From the NCBI RefSeq assembly GCF_009914755.1, contig NC_060942.1: a DNA stretch of 64,000 nt. The stretch is one strand, 5' to 3'. This DNA is from the human T2T-CHM13v2.0 reference genome, Homo sapiens. The notes under the pieces were generated by a model. The model worked only from the letters and a program-made list of their open reading frames with translations. It did no database searches and had not been told where the DNA came from. This document shows positions 62,533 to 64,000 of this stretch, piece after piece; position 1 is the first letter of the stretch, and every line of letters starts with the position of its first letter. The translations under genes and the position numbers were made by a program.

Positions 62533-64000
62533 CAGGCATGCCTTGTTTTACTGTGTTTTGCTTTATTGCAATATTGTATTTTTGTTGTTGTTGTGGGTTG
62601 TTTTTTTTTTTTGGTGGGGGTGTTTGAGACAGGGTCTCACTTTGTCACCCAGGCTGGAGTGCAGTGGCGCAGTCACAGCTCACTGCAGAGTCAACCTCCC
62701 AAAGGCTCAGGTGATCCTCCTACTTCAACTTCCCGAGTAGCTGAAGTTCATGCCACCACATCCACCTAATTTTTGTATTTTTTGTAGAGATGGGGTTTCA
62801 CCATGGTGACCAGGGTGGTCTTGAACTCCTGGGCTCAAGCAATCCTCCCACCCTGGCCTCCCAAAGTGCTGTGAATACAGGCATGAACCACTGCATCTGG
62901 CCTGTTTCTTTTGTTTGTTTGTTTTTTCTGCAAGTTGACTGTTCATGGCAACTCTGTGTTGAGCAAGTCCATTGGTACCATTTTCCCAACATCATGTGCT
63001 CACTTTGTGTCTCTGTGTCACATTTTTGTAATTCTCTCTATATTTCAAACTTTTTGGTATTATATCTGTTATAGTGATCTGTGATTAGGGATCCTTGACG
63101 TTGCTATTATAATTGTTTTGGGGTGTCATGAATTGCACCCATATAAGACAGCGAACTTAATCAGCAAAAGTTGTGTGTCTTCGGACTGCTCCATTGACTG
63201 CTGCACCTACTGCCGTTTCCTTGTCTCTGTTCATCTCCTTGGGCCTCCCTATTCCCTGAGACAAGACAATATTGAAAGGAAGCTAATAACCCTGTAATGA
63301 CCTCTACATGTTCAAGTGAAAGGAAGAGTTGCACATCTCTTACTTTAGATATATTTTTTGAAATAGGGTCTCACTCTGTTGCCCAGGGTGGAGTAACAGT
63401 GGCATAATCATAGTTCACTTCAGCCTGAACTCCTGGCCTCAAGTGATTCTCCTGCCTCAGTCTCCCAAAGCGCTGGCATTACAGGTGTGAGCCACCAAGC
63501 TGGGTCGGATGTCTCTCACTTTAAATCAAAAGCAAGGAATGATTAAGCTTAGTGAGGAAGGCATGTCAAAAGCTGAAACAGGCCACAAGCTATGTCTCTT
63601 GTGCTAAACAGCCAAGTTGTGAATGCAAAGGAAAAGTTCTTTTTTTTCTTTCTTTCTTTTAAAATTTTTGCTTTTTTTTTTTTTCAGACAGGGTCTCACT
63701 CTGTCACTCAGGGTAGAATACAATGGCATGATCATGGCTCACTACAGCCTCGACCTCCCAGGCTCAAGCCATCCTCCTACCTCCGCCTCCTAAGAAACTG
63801 GGACCACAGGTGCACCCTACCATGCCTGGCTAATTCTTAAATTGTTTGCAGAGATTGGGTCCCACTATGTTGCACAGGCTGGTGAAAGTTCTTGAAGGAA
63901 GTTAAAAGTGCTACTCTAGTAAACACATGAATGATAAGAAAGTGAAACAGACTTATTGCTGATATGGAGAAAGTTGGAGTGGTCTGGATTGAATATCAAA
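62533..64000 (+). mobile_element. Second Tigger1 (5' part, runs off the window) with three antisense Alu/FLAM insertions (about 62580-62902, 63352-63505, 63640-63883)
   Basis: TA + caggcatgcc TIR; atgattaagcttagtgaggaaggcatgtcaaaagctga encodes MIKLSEEGMSKAE. Confidence 0.9.

Overview
Primate (human-type) genomic DNA, rich in Alu and L1. The minus strand carries the CpG-island promoter and coding exons 1-18 of THOC1 (THO complex subunit 1 / p84N5 / hHpr1). The ATG is at 49958 and the 18 exons join into one open frame of 1454 nt (484 codons + 2 nt) matching THOC1 as I recall it; the remaining 3' exons lie left of the window. Sequence beyond about 50.8 kb is a mosaic of repeats (MER39-like LTR, Alus, L1, L2, Tigger1). 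The most notable observations are: (1) a heavily decayed, antisense, nested protein-coding remnant in the 19.4-kb intron 11 with two F5/8 type C (discoidin)-like domains; (2) an 8 x 95-96 bp tandem repeat that copies the exon 18 branch point, acceptor and exon start; (3) a 22-bp duplication of the exon 15 donor; (4) a GC donor and a ~195-bp inverted duplication in the same intron 17. Repeat family names come from recalled consensus sequences and their boundaries are approximate.
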